Shown here: piece after piece, positions 37,161 through 48,920 of the stretch | Layout of the letters: the number at the start of each line of letters is the position of its first letter | Position numbering within the stretch: position 1 is the first letter of the stretch | Assembly (NCBI RefSeq): GCF_006345805.1 | Contig: NC_043004.1 | Location: forward strand, 44,640,001 to 44,704,000 | Source: Octopus sinensis | Taxonomy: Eukaryota | Direction: 5' to 3' | DNA: 64,000 nt | The notes under the pieces: model-generated | Databases searched by the model: none | Told to the model about the DNA's origin: nothing | The model's input: only the letters and a program-made list of their open reading frames with translations | Program-made: the position numbers and the translations under genes

Positions 37161-38120
37161 CACAATAAAATACATCATACTTGATTTAAATAATCTAAAT
37201 TATATCCTTATATAACCACACACACATACACACACGCACATCATGCGAACGCGTTTTTCTCATCTCTCAGCACGCATATCATTCTCATCCTTTTTCTTAC
37301 TGTTGATATAGTTGTTACAATGTCTTTTAATCCCTTTATCTATTTACTTCGACCTACATTACACATACAGTTGTTATTAATAATTGTTCCTATCCAGGCC
37401 TCGAGATCAAGTTTAAACTTATACTTCCGTCCGTCCTGCAAGGGCGGAGGATGGACGGAATGACACAATGGCTTACAAGAAAAATATACCTTTAATATTG
37501 AGTGTTGATGGATATTCTGAAGGAAAACATCATTATCGGACGTATGTTACTTCTTATTCACTGTACAATCAATGACCTCACTCAAAGTGACAGCTTTATC
37601 TCGAGATTTCCGGTGAATGTGAAAGGCTGTCGTCTCTTTGTTAGTTATCACGTGTCCTTTCTTTCAACGTATCAATAAACAAACACTTTAGTTTCGTACT
37701 AATTCTTAGGGGTGTAAGAGCGAAAAGTGGTTGGCTGTGCGATGAAGTTATGCTAACATTGTAAACACCAATAAACTACATGTTGTACTCATTTCGTTTG
37801 GCAATCCGCTATCAAGTTTTTCATTTTATCTCCTAATCTATTTCTGTTTACTTTTCTCCCCCCTCTCTCTCTCCTAATTCATCTCCCTCTCTTTATTTAT
37901 CCCTCTCATTCTCTCTCTCTCACACACACACACTCTCTCTCTCCCTCATTCTTCTCAAAAACACCCTTTCACACACATTCCCTTTCTTTGTATATCTAAG
38001 GACACACAGACGTGTGCGCGGGCGAGTGAGAACGCACATATGCACGAGCATGTAGACAAAATATATATATATACACATTCTCTCTTCTCCACGTATCACT
38101 TCCTCTCTCTCTTTCTCATC

Positions 38121-38210
<90 letters not shown>

Positions 38211-38432
38211 AGAGAGAGAGAGAAAGATTCACCTTTATTCCCTTACGTTGTTAAATCGCTATGATTAATGCGATATCCATAATACTGCACTGTCAATCTC
38301 ATATTCAACTCTGAAGATGGAACAAGACGTTGGGATAGTATTTGTTTTCTCCTGTATCATTTAACAAATCACGAGATATTCAGTGATATCACACCGAATT
38401 TACGATATATAGGATACTATAGTTGCTGTTTG

Positions 38433-38980
38433 CGGAGGCAGGTGGCTTCGTGGTTACGGTATTGCAGTCGCGATTATAAGATTGAGGTTTTAAATTTCAC
38501 GACCGGGCGATGCGTTGTGTTCCTCAGCACCACACTTTATTTCTTTCACGTTGCTCCTGTCCATTCAGCTGCCACAACTGAGTAATCCAGCGATGGGCAG
38601 GTTCTGTTCTCGGGAGGAATATATACGCCACTGAATCCAGGAGACCGGGCTTTTAAGCCTACGCTGAGAAAGGACCTGATTGTTGTTTTTTTAGCCCCGG
38701 AGTGGAGGTACCTGGACAAGTGTTTGGAAATGTTAATCTCGTGATCATTAAGTCTGCCTTCGATTATTGGACGTGTTGTTTCCTTGAGCAAAGAACTTCA
38801 TTTTACGTTACTCTTTTACACTATTTTTTTACAATATTTACAAGCATCCGCACGTTAACTCTGCGACTAACTGATGCCCTGCCCAGAGAGCGAAGCATGT
38901 GTGGGACAAAGGCCTTAAGATCCGAAGAGGATCCCACCTCGAGACCCAGGCTCTGTTTGAAGACACTGGTGACTGAAGAT
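38433..38980 (+). mobile_element. Two degraded tRNA-headed SINEs related to family E (54252-54579)
   Basis: gcggaggcaggtggcttcgtggtta...gttgtgttcctcagcaccacactttatt..cacgttgctcc; second unit gtgttgtttccttgagcaaagaacttcattttacgtt. Confidence 0.6.
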
Positions 38981-39204
38981 AGTCCCGACTTGAGCATCTT
39001 ATATTTCTTTTTCTAGTATTCAGTGTAAGTATAGTCACAGGTCCTATATGTTCTTTACTAAGACGGTGAGATGTGATGTGATTAGAGGGAGTTGTAGCTA
39101 CCATATTCATTGGTTCGTTTCATATCAGATAAGACTGTCAGAGGGAAATATCGCTTAGATTCAGATAGATATAATATAGAGTTTGCTAGTTCAGGGAAGC
39201 AAAG

Positions 39205-39206
39205 AT

Positions 39207-39292
<86 letters not shown>

Positions 39293-39307
39293 GGTGGTGG
39301 TGGTGTG

Positions 39308-39369
<62 letters not shown>

Positions 39370-39380
39370 TGTTGTAGTAG
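39205..39380 (+). repeat. Compound (TAG)n/(CAG)n/(TGG)n trinucleotide array
   Basis: Direct read. Confidence 0.95.
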
Positions 39381-39902
39381 TGACAGAAGGAAGAACAGAA
39401 GGAGGATGTGGAAGTGAAAGGAGCAGGAAGCATAGGAGAAGCGAGGACGAAGATGGAAGAAGAGGTGAATTAGGAAAAGTATCTGTGTATAGTGTAAGTA
39501 AGGGCTTATAACATAGACAGATAGACGCATAGACACGTGCACGTACATATACACACACAGATGTATATACATATAATCTGCTTTTATCTCCAATTAAACC
39601 TCACGAAATTCCAACTAAACTGCCTACATATTACAGTCTTATACGCAATATAATTCTGTAAGAAAAGTCTAGCAATCAGAAAAATCCATGCACCAGTAAC
39701 AATACTCTCACTACAATAAAGAGATGAAGAGAAACACTACCAAAACCCCAGAGACGGTGACAATGGTCAAAGACAACAACAAAGAACCGAGATAAACTCG
39801 CCGTAAACAAGAAACATCACTCTCTAAACTGCCTGATGAAATATTTGCATAAACCCATTCCACCCACTCAGTGATTTTGCATTTTCAGATCATGGCTATA
39901 TA

Positions 39903-40619
39903 TTGGATCATCACATAATTAATGGGGTTTTTTTTAATTGCATAACCTAAAAGTCGGAAGGAGACGGGATAAAGTGCCTGCCGGTAAGTTCTCTATAAAA
40001 AATATCAAGCGCCGAAGACAGTGGGCAGGGAAAGGAGAAACACCAGCACACCAGGCTAAAGAAGGTCTTCACCCACGTAATGTATTGTTATCTGTTTGGT
40101 GGGATATGAAAGGTTTAGTCAACTGGACTTTTAAACCCAAACCAAACGATAACAATGGAGATCTACTGCGAGCAGCTTGAGCAGCTTAAGTCGACGTTAG
40201 AAGAAAAACGACCATCTTTGGCTGCAAGACCAAAGGTGTCCTTCCATTAGGATAATGCTCGGTCACCTACAGCGAGGAAGACATGCGAAAAACTGGAGCA
40301 GTTTGAATGAGAAACGATGCTCCACCCACCATATTCGCCGGATATTACCCTATCTGATTATCATTTATTACGCAGTCTTCAAAATTATTCGGACAGAAAA
40401 ATTACCAATTCTGTCGACGAGGTCAGGAACAGTACTGGAGGAGTATCTTTCGTCAGGGACAAGTGAAGTTTGGAAGAGGAGCCTTGCAAGTCTACAGATG
40501 GAATATCGTTGTAGAAAATGAAGGATAGTATATTTTAGATTAAAAAAGGACTTTCTTTATCTTAATTTTAAAAAATAAAAGAGGTATAGAAAAACCGCAT
40601 TATTTATGGGATGAACAAA
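39903..40619 (+). mobile_element. Internally deleted mariner derivative with both TIRs and TA TSDs
   Basis: ttggatcatcacataattaatggggtttt and aaaaccgcattatttatgggatgaacaa are imperfect TIRs. LHPRNVLLSVWWD, DNAR and HPPYSPD are retained; the HTH half is absent. Confidence 0.85.
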
Positions 40620-41145
40620 TATTTAGCCTTAACGTCAAATATCGTGCTACATGTGAGCTAGCATTAATAGGAAGGAAACAATAGTTTCAAATTGTGGCAC
40701 AAGGCCAGCAATTCCAGTGAAGGGAGCTCGTTGATTTCATCAACCCTAGTGCTCAACCGTGCTCCGTGGACTTTGGAAAATAACGTACAAACAGATGAAA
40801 TGGCCCTGAGCAGTTTATCCAGTGTACAAACGCTTCTGCAAGTTCGGCGCCTTACTGCTTCTTGAAGAACGTTGCATTCTGTATATTAATGTCATATTCT
40901 GGAGGACACACAAAGATAGAGGGGGAAAGAGAAAGAGAGAGAGAGAGGGAGGGAGTGTGTGTGTATGTGTATTTGTGTGGGTGTTCGCGCGCGCGTGTCT
41001 GTGCCCAAAGATTGAGAGAACTGCAGAGATTCCCGCGCTGTTCAAGAATCGATTTCCCTATCACCGTTGCAAGTCTAACGAGTTCATCAACAAAAGTACA
41101 TTTAAGCGCGTGTGTGAGTATATAAGCAGGTATATTTATATGCTC

Positions 41146-41216
<71 letters not shown>

Positions 41217-41281
41217 CATCTATCTATCCATTTATCTATATATCATTCTATCTATCTACCTACCTACCTACCTACCTATAT

Positions 41282-41316
<35 letters not shown>

Positions 41317-41319
<3 letters not shown>

Positions 41320-41568
41320 ATAAATGCCCGTATGTGTGTATATATATGAAATTATATACATATATGTATAGATAGGAAGATATAGATAGACAAATATGCA
41401 TACATATACGTACATATATAGACATACGTATGCACATACACACACACGTGTATATATATATATATACATATATGTATAGATAGGAAGATATAGATAGACA
41501 AATATGCATACATATACGTACATATATAGACATACGTATGCACATACACACACACGTGTATATATATA

Positions 41569-41640
<72 letters not shown>

Positions 41641-41790
41641 ATATATATATGTAATAAATGCCCGTATGTGTGTATATATATGAAATTATATACATATATG
41701 TATAGATAGGAAGATATAGATAGACAAATATGCATACATATACGTACATATATAGACATACGTATGCACATACACACACACGTGTATATA
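41317..41790 (+). repeat. Near-perfect nested tandem duplication A-B-B-(TA)n-A-B of compound microsatellite sequence
   Basis: gtaataaatgcccg at 41317 and 41651. The about 108-bp unit containing gataggaagatatagatagacaaatatgc occurs three times. Confidence 0.9.
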
Positions 41791-41848
41791 TATATATGTA
41801 TGCATATATATATATGCATATATATATACACACACACATATATATCTA

Positions 41849-41941
<93 letters not shown>

Positions 41942-42114
41942 TCCATTAACGTAGGTGCATTTATTGAATTAACTCCAAAACATAAGGAATCTCGATTCAG
42001 TCGAGCGGTAGCGCATAGCAGGAAAGTCATTCGCAGTTAAGTGTATACATACATACATACATCCATCCATGTATATATATATATATGTGTGTGCGTGTGT
42101 GTGTGTGTGTGCGT

Positions 42115-42162
<48 letters not shown>

Positions 42163-42577
42163 GTATATATATACTTATACATATACATTTATATATATAT
42201 ACATATATGTATATATACATTTATGTATATATGTATAGATGTATATATACATATATGTGTATGTGTTGTGTGCGTGTGTGAACGTATATCTGTGTGTGTT
42301 TGTGTGTGTATGTATGTGCACATATATATATAAACATACATATACGTAACTATATATTTACATATATATGTATATACACTTACTCATGCGCGCACATATG
42401 TATATATGCAGCTGTGCGCGTACAAAAAGGTTAACTCTCCATACACATCGCGAGGAGAAAATTCCGCTTTAACAAGTTTAAAGACACGCAAACGTACCAA
42501 GACATGCAAACACACTGAACTTAGAAATACGTTTCTTTATCTATCAAATTACCAACCTATGTTAGTCTTCTGTGTTT

Positions 42578-42618
<41 letters not shown>

Positions 42619-42719
42619 GAAGTTTTGGAGATGATGTACATGTATTATATATTAGAAGAAATGTATATGTATATGTATGTATAAATGTAAAGATGCATAT
42701 ATGTATGTATATATATATG

Positions 42720-42768
<49 letters not shown>

Positions 42769-42783
42769 AGTATATATATATAC

Positions 42784-42828
<45 letters not shown>

Positions 42829-42840
42829 AGTATATATATA

Positions 42841-42891
<51 letters not shown>

Positions 42892-42925
42892 CAGGCATAC
42901 ATACATTCATACATATATACATACA

Positions 42926-42999
<74 letters not shown>

Positions 43000-43430
43000 T
43001 TGTAATAGAGACAGTAAACGGAAGACAAATGTATAGGGGGATCGAGAGGGAAATTCGACAGTGATGTCAGCGGAAGTGAGATAATTAGATAGATGGAGAA
43101 AAATATATTTTGTGATAAGTGTATTTGTGTTTTTTTTTTTATCTGTGCCGCTTATATGAATGCCATTTATATGCTTATGTGTGTGTATTTGTGCGTGAGC
43201 ATGTGCATATATATATATGCACGTAATATGTATCTATAAATCTACGTGTATGTTATGTATTTATACATGCAAAAGCAACATGCATACATACATATGTGTG
43301 CGTGTGTACGATTATATACGCTTACACATATGAACATATAATTTATAAACATTTGTGGATGTATACAAAGATGTTTATATTTTTCTTGTATATATGTACT
43401 CTAGCATCACAAAACGTACTTGGCTGTAAC

Positions 43431-43468
<38 letters not shown>

Positions 43469-43471
43469 GTA

Positions 43472-43579
<108 letters not shown>

Positions 43580-43996
43580 CTCTATGCGGATTGGTGATAC
43601 AGTATGGGCAGATTTTCGAAATCCAATAAATCTTTAAACATTTATACAGTTAGGAAATTTTACAAATACAGTTAGGAAATCTTTCAAGGAGATATGATAA
43701 ACCTATTATAATGGGTAATACTACATCTACGTTTCATATGTTTTATATTGTGGTGTAATTCTTTGGACTAACAATATTTGCGGCTGAAGAGAGCTTTAAA
43801 CCATCTTTTATATCAATAATGCACTGATGTAATAACGGATTGTTTACAAAACTTGAAACACGTGTACCGCGATATCCTTTGTGTTCTGATTTTAATTTTA
43901 TTTGATATATTCTCTCTCACCTCTGCCACTATCTGGCATATACAGGTGCTTACACTAAATTTACAGTACCTACTTTATATATATATATATATATAG

Positions 43997-44168
43997 ATGC
44001 CGGAGTGGCTGTGTGGCATGTAGTTTGCTTACCGGCCATATGGTTCCGGGTTCAGTCCCACTGCGTTGCAACTTAGGCAAGTGTCTTCTGCTACAGCTTC
44101 GGGCCGATCAAAGCCTTGTAAGTGGATTTGGTAGACGGAAACTGTAAGATGCCCGTCGGTATATATAT

Positions 44169-44232
<64 letters not shown>

Positions 44233-44460
44233 ATATGTATATATGTGTGTTTGTGCGTATGTTTGTATGTCTTTGTTTGTCTCGCCACCATGTTGGCGTA
44301 TTTATGTCCCCGTAAACTTAGCGGTTCGGCAAAGAGATCGACAGAATAAGTACTAGGCTTACAAAGAATAAGTCCTGGTGTCGATTTGTATGATTAAAGG
44401 CGGTGCTCCAGCATGACCGCACTCAAAATGACTGAAACAAATAGAAGAATAAAAGAATAA
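43997..44460 (+). mobile_element. SINE family A, near full length
   Basis: ggagtggctgtgtgg, ggttcagtccc, aggcaagtgtcttctgctac, internal (TA)n, tail aaaagaataaaa. Confidence 0.9.
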
Positions 44461-44559
44461 AAACTACACAGATATATATATTTAAATCAAGTCGTAAGGT
44501 TACACACAAATTTTGTTGTTCTTCAGTAATAAAATATGTGTGCAAATGGATTTACGAAA

Positions 44560-44706
44560 TTTACATTATTTACAGTTGACGGATATTTGTCCACATCTTG
44601 TTTGTTGTTAACGCAAAGTTTCGGCTGATATACCCTCCATTCTTCATCGGGTGTTTTGGGGAAATTTCGAACCTGGGCTCTCATTCCTAAGGTACTTTTC
44701 GATGTC

Positions 44707-44797
<91 letters not shown>

Positions 44798-44869
44798 TCA
44801 CTGCCTGGAATCGATTTCGGAATCTTGGGGTTAGTAGATCGCGCTCTTAACCACTACGCCATATGCCCG
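44560..44869 (-). mobile_element. tRNA-headed SINE, family D, with internal (AAT)n and a hammerhead-like 3' module
   Basis: Minus strand: gggcatatggcgtagtggttaagagcgcg (A box), tcgattcc (degenerate B box), about 28 AAT units, then aacac-ccgatga-...-cagcc-gaaac-ttt-gcgtt and tail tgtaaataatgtaa. Confidence 0.8.
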
Positions 44870-44904
44870 GAAATGTAATATATATTACATACCCATTACT
44901 ACTG

Positions 44905-45065
44905 ATTTCAAATTTTGGCCCAAGGCCAGTAATTTCGAACTGGTACTTATGCTATTGTCTCCATAAGGATGAAAGTCAAAGTCGACCTCCGCAGAATCTG
45001 AACTCAGAATGTGAAGTCGGACGAAATGTCACTAAACATTACATCCGGCATGCTCACTTCCTTGT
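44905..45065 (-). mobile_element. SINE family B, degraded
   Basis: ttttggcccaaggccag...ggatgaaagtcaaagtcgacctccgcagaatctgaactcag. Confidence 0.75.
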
Positions 45066-45749
45066 CTACCCACTAATATTGATGTTTGAAAATGTGTCAT
45101 TTCAGTCAATTTAGCACACTAACATAGTAACATATGAACTTATCATATGACATTTTCTGTTATCTTCCAGACAGACAGACAGACAAAGAGAGAGTGAATG
45201 AGAGAGAGAGAGAGAGAGAGAGAAGGGTAAAAAAAGAGAGAGGGTCAGATAAGTAAAGAGAGAGAGAGAGCATGCAAGATATTCATATTAATACTTGAAA
45301 TACTCTACGGATAAAGTTAGACATTTTGCATGCTTAGTCGATTTAATTAGAAACATATCAAGTATCAATATCCTTGTGTTACAACACGCGAGTTAGTTTT
45401 TCTAAACTTAATTTCTCTTTCAATCCTTTTGAAACCGAAATATTCTCTAGATTTTTACCATTAAACCATAATGTCCATTTGTAAGTTAAGCGTAACCCGT
45501 GAATAAAATATATGCCGCTATTTAATTCAACTTGAGTTGTTTGTGTAATCCGCTGCATAATTTTTCAACAAAAATATACCAAATCCTGATAAATAAATGA
45601 ATGAGTAAAATATTTTGTTATATATTGTTTAATTTCCATTTTCATGCAGCTAGGAGAGATTTTTTAAAAATCTAAATATATATGAATACGTATGCATTTC
45701 TATATGTGTAACATGTACGTTTTAATATATCATTTCGTCCGTCTTTACG

Positions 45750-45848
45750 TTCTGAGTTCAGAACAAAAGCTCAACAAACCGGAGACCCTGGTGCAACTGA
45801 AGGAGAACGTTAATAGAGAAATCAGAAAAGTGGGATCTGAAACACTTC
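45750..45848 (+). mobile_element. Possible Tc1/mariner-superfamily transposase C-terminal fragment
   Basis: NKPETLVQLKENVNREIRKV resembles the N.P.T..ELK..I..EI motif that follows the PDL.P.DF.LWG block in such transposases. The match is short. Confidence 0.35.
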
Positions 45849-45851
45849 TGT

Positions 45852-45926
<75 letters not shown>

Positions 45927-46015
45927 TCAGTAGTAGTAGTAGCAGCAGCAGCAGTAGTAGCAGTAGTAGTAGTAGCAGCAGCAGCAGTAGTAGTAGTAGT
46001 AGTAGTAGTAGTAGC

Positions 46016-46061
<46 letters not shown>

Positions 46062-46122
46062 CAGTAGTAGTAGCTGTAGTAGTAGTAGTAGTAGTAGTAG
46101 TAGTTGTAGTAGTTGTTGTAGT
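45852..46122 (+). repeat. (CAG)n/(TAG)n compound trinucleotide array
   Basis: Direct read; this is the source of the poly-S/L/Y ORFs. Confidence 0.95.
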
Positions 46123-46299
46123 AAATAATTTACTGTGGCTAATACAAGGGAGGTAACTGAGACCAACAATCATTTCCATTAATGAAATGAATTGAGCTGG
46201 GAATCCAATATCACACCTAATTCAATCTATTTCAAAACCAATATTCATACAGTAACACCTGTAAATGCAATAAATGCTGTAGACGGAATGTATAATACT

Positions 46300-46420
46300 T
46301 CTGCCAATAACAAGTATAAGGGTGATGAAAATAAATATAATTTTAACTGTAAAAACAAATGTGTGTGTCCACTTGTGGGGAAATGCCTAAAACAAATATA
46401 GTATATACATGCTAGTTATT
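46300..46420 (+). mobile_element. Penelope-like element fragment (Cys-rich region upstream of GIY-YIG)
   Basis: NCKNKCVCPLVGKCL resembles the PLE motif CNCR....CPL.G.C. Confidence 0.55.
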
Positions 46421-46929
46421 TTTAATTATTTCATATGTACATGGTCTACACGTTCTAAAACTAGAATTAGAATGGTCTAAAAATAAACGAAGATAAAAGG
46501 AAAAACACTAAAGAGGTCATAGGTTATCGGTAGAGAAAGATACTATAAGAAAATTAAGGTTAACACTAGAATAGAAGATTATTTATTTATTATTGTTTAT
46601 ATTTTAACTTTTGTTTTTATATGGTAAGAAGGAATTTAGGTCAACATCTAGAGGTCAATTAAAATCAATAGCAAATGGTAGGGAAACTGTACCTATTCAA
46701 ACTTTATAGTGAAAATCAAATGTATAACTAAGGGAATAGTATTACATGTTAAATTTAAAATAGAATTAGGAAAATTAGCAATTTTTTTGATTTAAGTAAG
46801 CTTAATAAAATTGACTATAAAGTCAATTAAAAATTAGCATAGTACAATTACTATTTATTTTTATATATCAAAAGATGCAGTTAGAAAGAACAACAATAGA
46901 ACTTGCAAATTTCAATTTGAAATATTTTA

Positions 46930-47125
46930 AAGTTTTGATTTTTGAGTGAATACAAAAAAAAACCCCAAATCAATACGATTATTTAGTAGATTTTTATTTT
47001 TTCTATAATTTAGAATCTCATATGTCTCCATGGAACAGAGTTGACAGCCCACCCTATTATTTCTATAAGGAACTGCCCTTCTAACTATTTCCCATTTAAT
47101 GGAAAGTGTAGTGCAACCAGCTTTA
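46930..47125 (-). mobile_element. Penelope-like element GIY-YIG C-terminal fragment
   Basis: IKWEIVRRAVPYRNNRVGCQLCSMETYEILNY....LLNNR resembles the PLE motif I.W.IL..A..Y......C.LC..EK..I......LLN.R. Confidence 0.75.
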
Positions 47126-47952
47126 TGATCTAATATGTGTATGTATATATACATATATGTATGTATATATATATATGTATGTATGTATGTATATATATAT
47201 ATGTGTGTATGTGTATGTATATAGATATATATGTGTGTGTGTATTGTATACAGGATCGTGGGTAAGGTAAAAAAAATACGAAGTAAATGCAAGGTAAATC
47301 ACAAGAAAACAAGTATGTGAATTAATGTAGACTCACCTTGCATTCAATATTTCGGTGTTATGACCCCCTTTTCAAGAAATAGACGAATGTCGCCGATGTG
47401 CGTGTGTGTATGTATATATATAGAGAGATGTAATATAATAAGAGTAAATAATAGCTTAAATGGTTTTTAAAAAGAACAATTATTTACTGGTAGATTTCGG
47501 CATGTAAATATAACCATTAACGGTAGGAACTTCTATAAAAGTTCAATGTATATATTGTATATAAATAAAAGAGGCAGGCAACGCTGATGAAAGACATGGA
47601 ATTTATATTTTATTATATTCCTAATCTAGAAACGCGTTCGTAAATTACCGTTAGACTTTGTTTTCGTTATTTCTTCCTTCTGTTTTGCATATATGAAATA
47701 CAGGGATATATCGTATGTGGAGTCTTATTTGTAGAAAATAGAAATAAACAGTCTTTGACTGCTATTTCAAATTTTTTCGGTATGTGGCGAAGCAGCCTGT
47801 TGCCTGCCTCTTTTATTTATATACAATATATATAGATGTATGTATATGCATATATATATAAATATATATATATATTTATATATATGTATGTCTATATATA
47901 TATATGCATGCATATATATGTATATATATATATTATGTATATTTATGTATGC

Positions 47953-48042
<90 letters not shown>

Positions 48043-48159
48043 AATGTATATATATAAATATATATATATGTATATATAAAAGAGTAAAAGAGAGTAAAGG
48101 GTATATATATATATATATTGATTGGAAATTTTGGCACACAATCAGCAATTTCGAGAGAC

Positions 48160-48332
48160 TGATAAGTGTATAGCATCGACCCCAATATACAAATGGTAGC
48201 CATGTTAACGTCCTCAAGAGGATGAAAGGCAAATTTGACCTCGACAGAATTTGAACTCAGAAGGTGAAGACGGACGAAATGCCTCTACAAATTCCGTTCG
48301 GCATGATAACGATTCTAGTAGCTCGCCACCCT
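48160..48332 (-). mobile_element. SINE family B
   Basis: catcgacccc...gaggatgaaaggcaaatttgacctcgacagaatttgaactcag...gctcgccacc. Confidence 0.8.
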
Positions 48333-48512
48333 ATTGATGTGCGTGTGTGTGTGTGTATGTATGTGTGTGTTTATGTGTATATGTGTGTGTGTTCGTGTGT
48401 GTGTTTTTGTGTGTATTCACACATATGCACATGTATATAAATATATATATCTGCTCACATATAGATATATATACGCATACACATAACACATATAAATGCG
48501 TATCTGTATGTA

Positions 48513-48586
<74 letters not shown>

Positions 48587-48744
48587 CACGTATATATATT
48601 GAACATATATTTACAAACGTTAATAGGTTACATTTACTTACTTGATTGTGCTTGTGTGTGAGAGGGTGTCCACGTACATATACACCAAACGCACGCACAC
48701 ATACACACGTATACACAAAACGCATACAGAGACATACATACAGG

Positions 48745-48802
48745 TATATGTATGTTGATACATACATACATACATACATACATACATACATACATACATA
48801 CA

Positions 48803-48836
<34 letters not shown>

Positions 48837-48920
48837 CATACATACATACACGCATACATACGTACATACATACATACATACATACATACATACACACATA
48901 CATACATACATACATATATA
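48745..48920 (+). repeat. (TACA)n tetranucleotide array
   Basis: Direct read. Confidence 0.95.

Noticed and set aside
40960-41120. CpG-rich patch (gcgcgcgcg) as a promoter
   Set aside because: Too short, abuts (GT)n, and has no downstream exon evidence.
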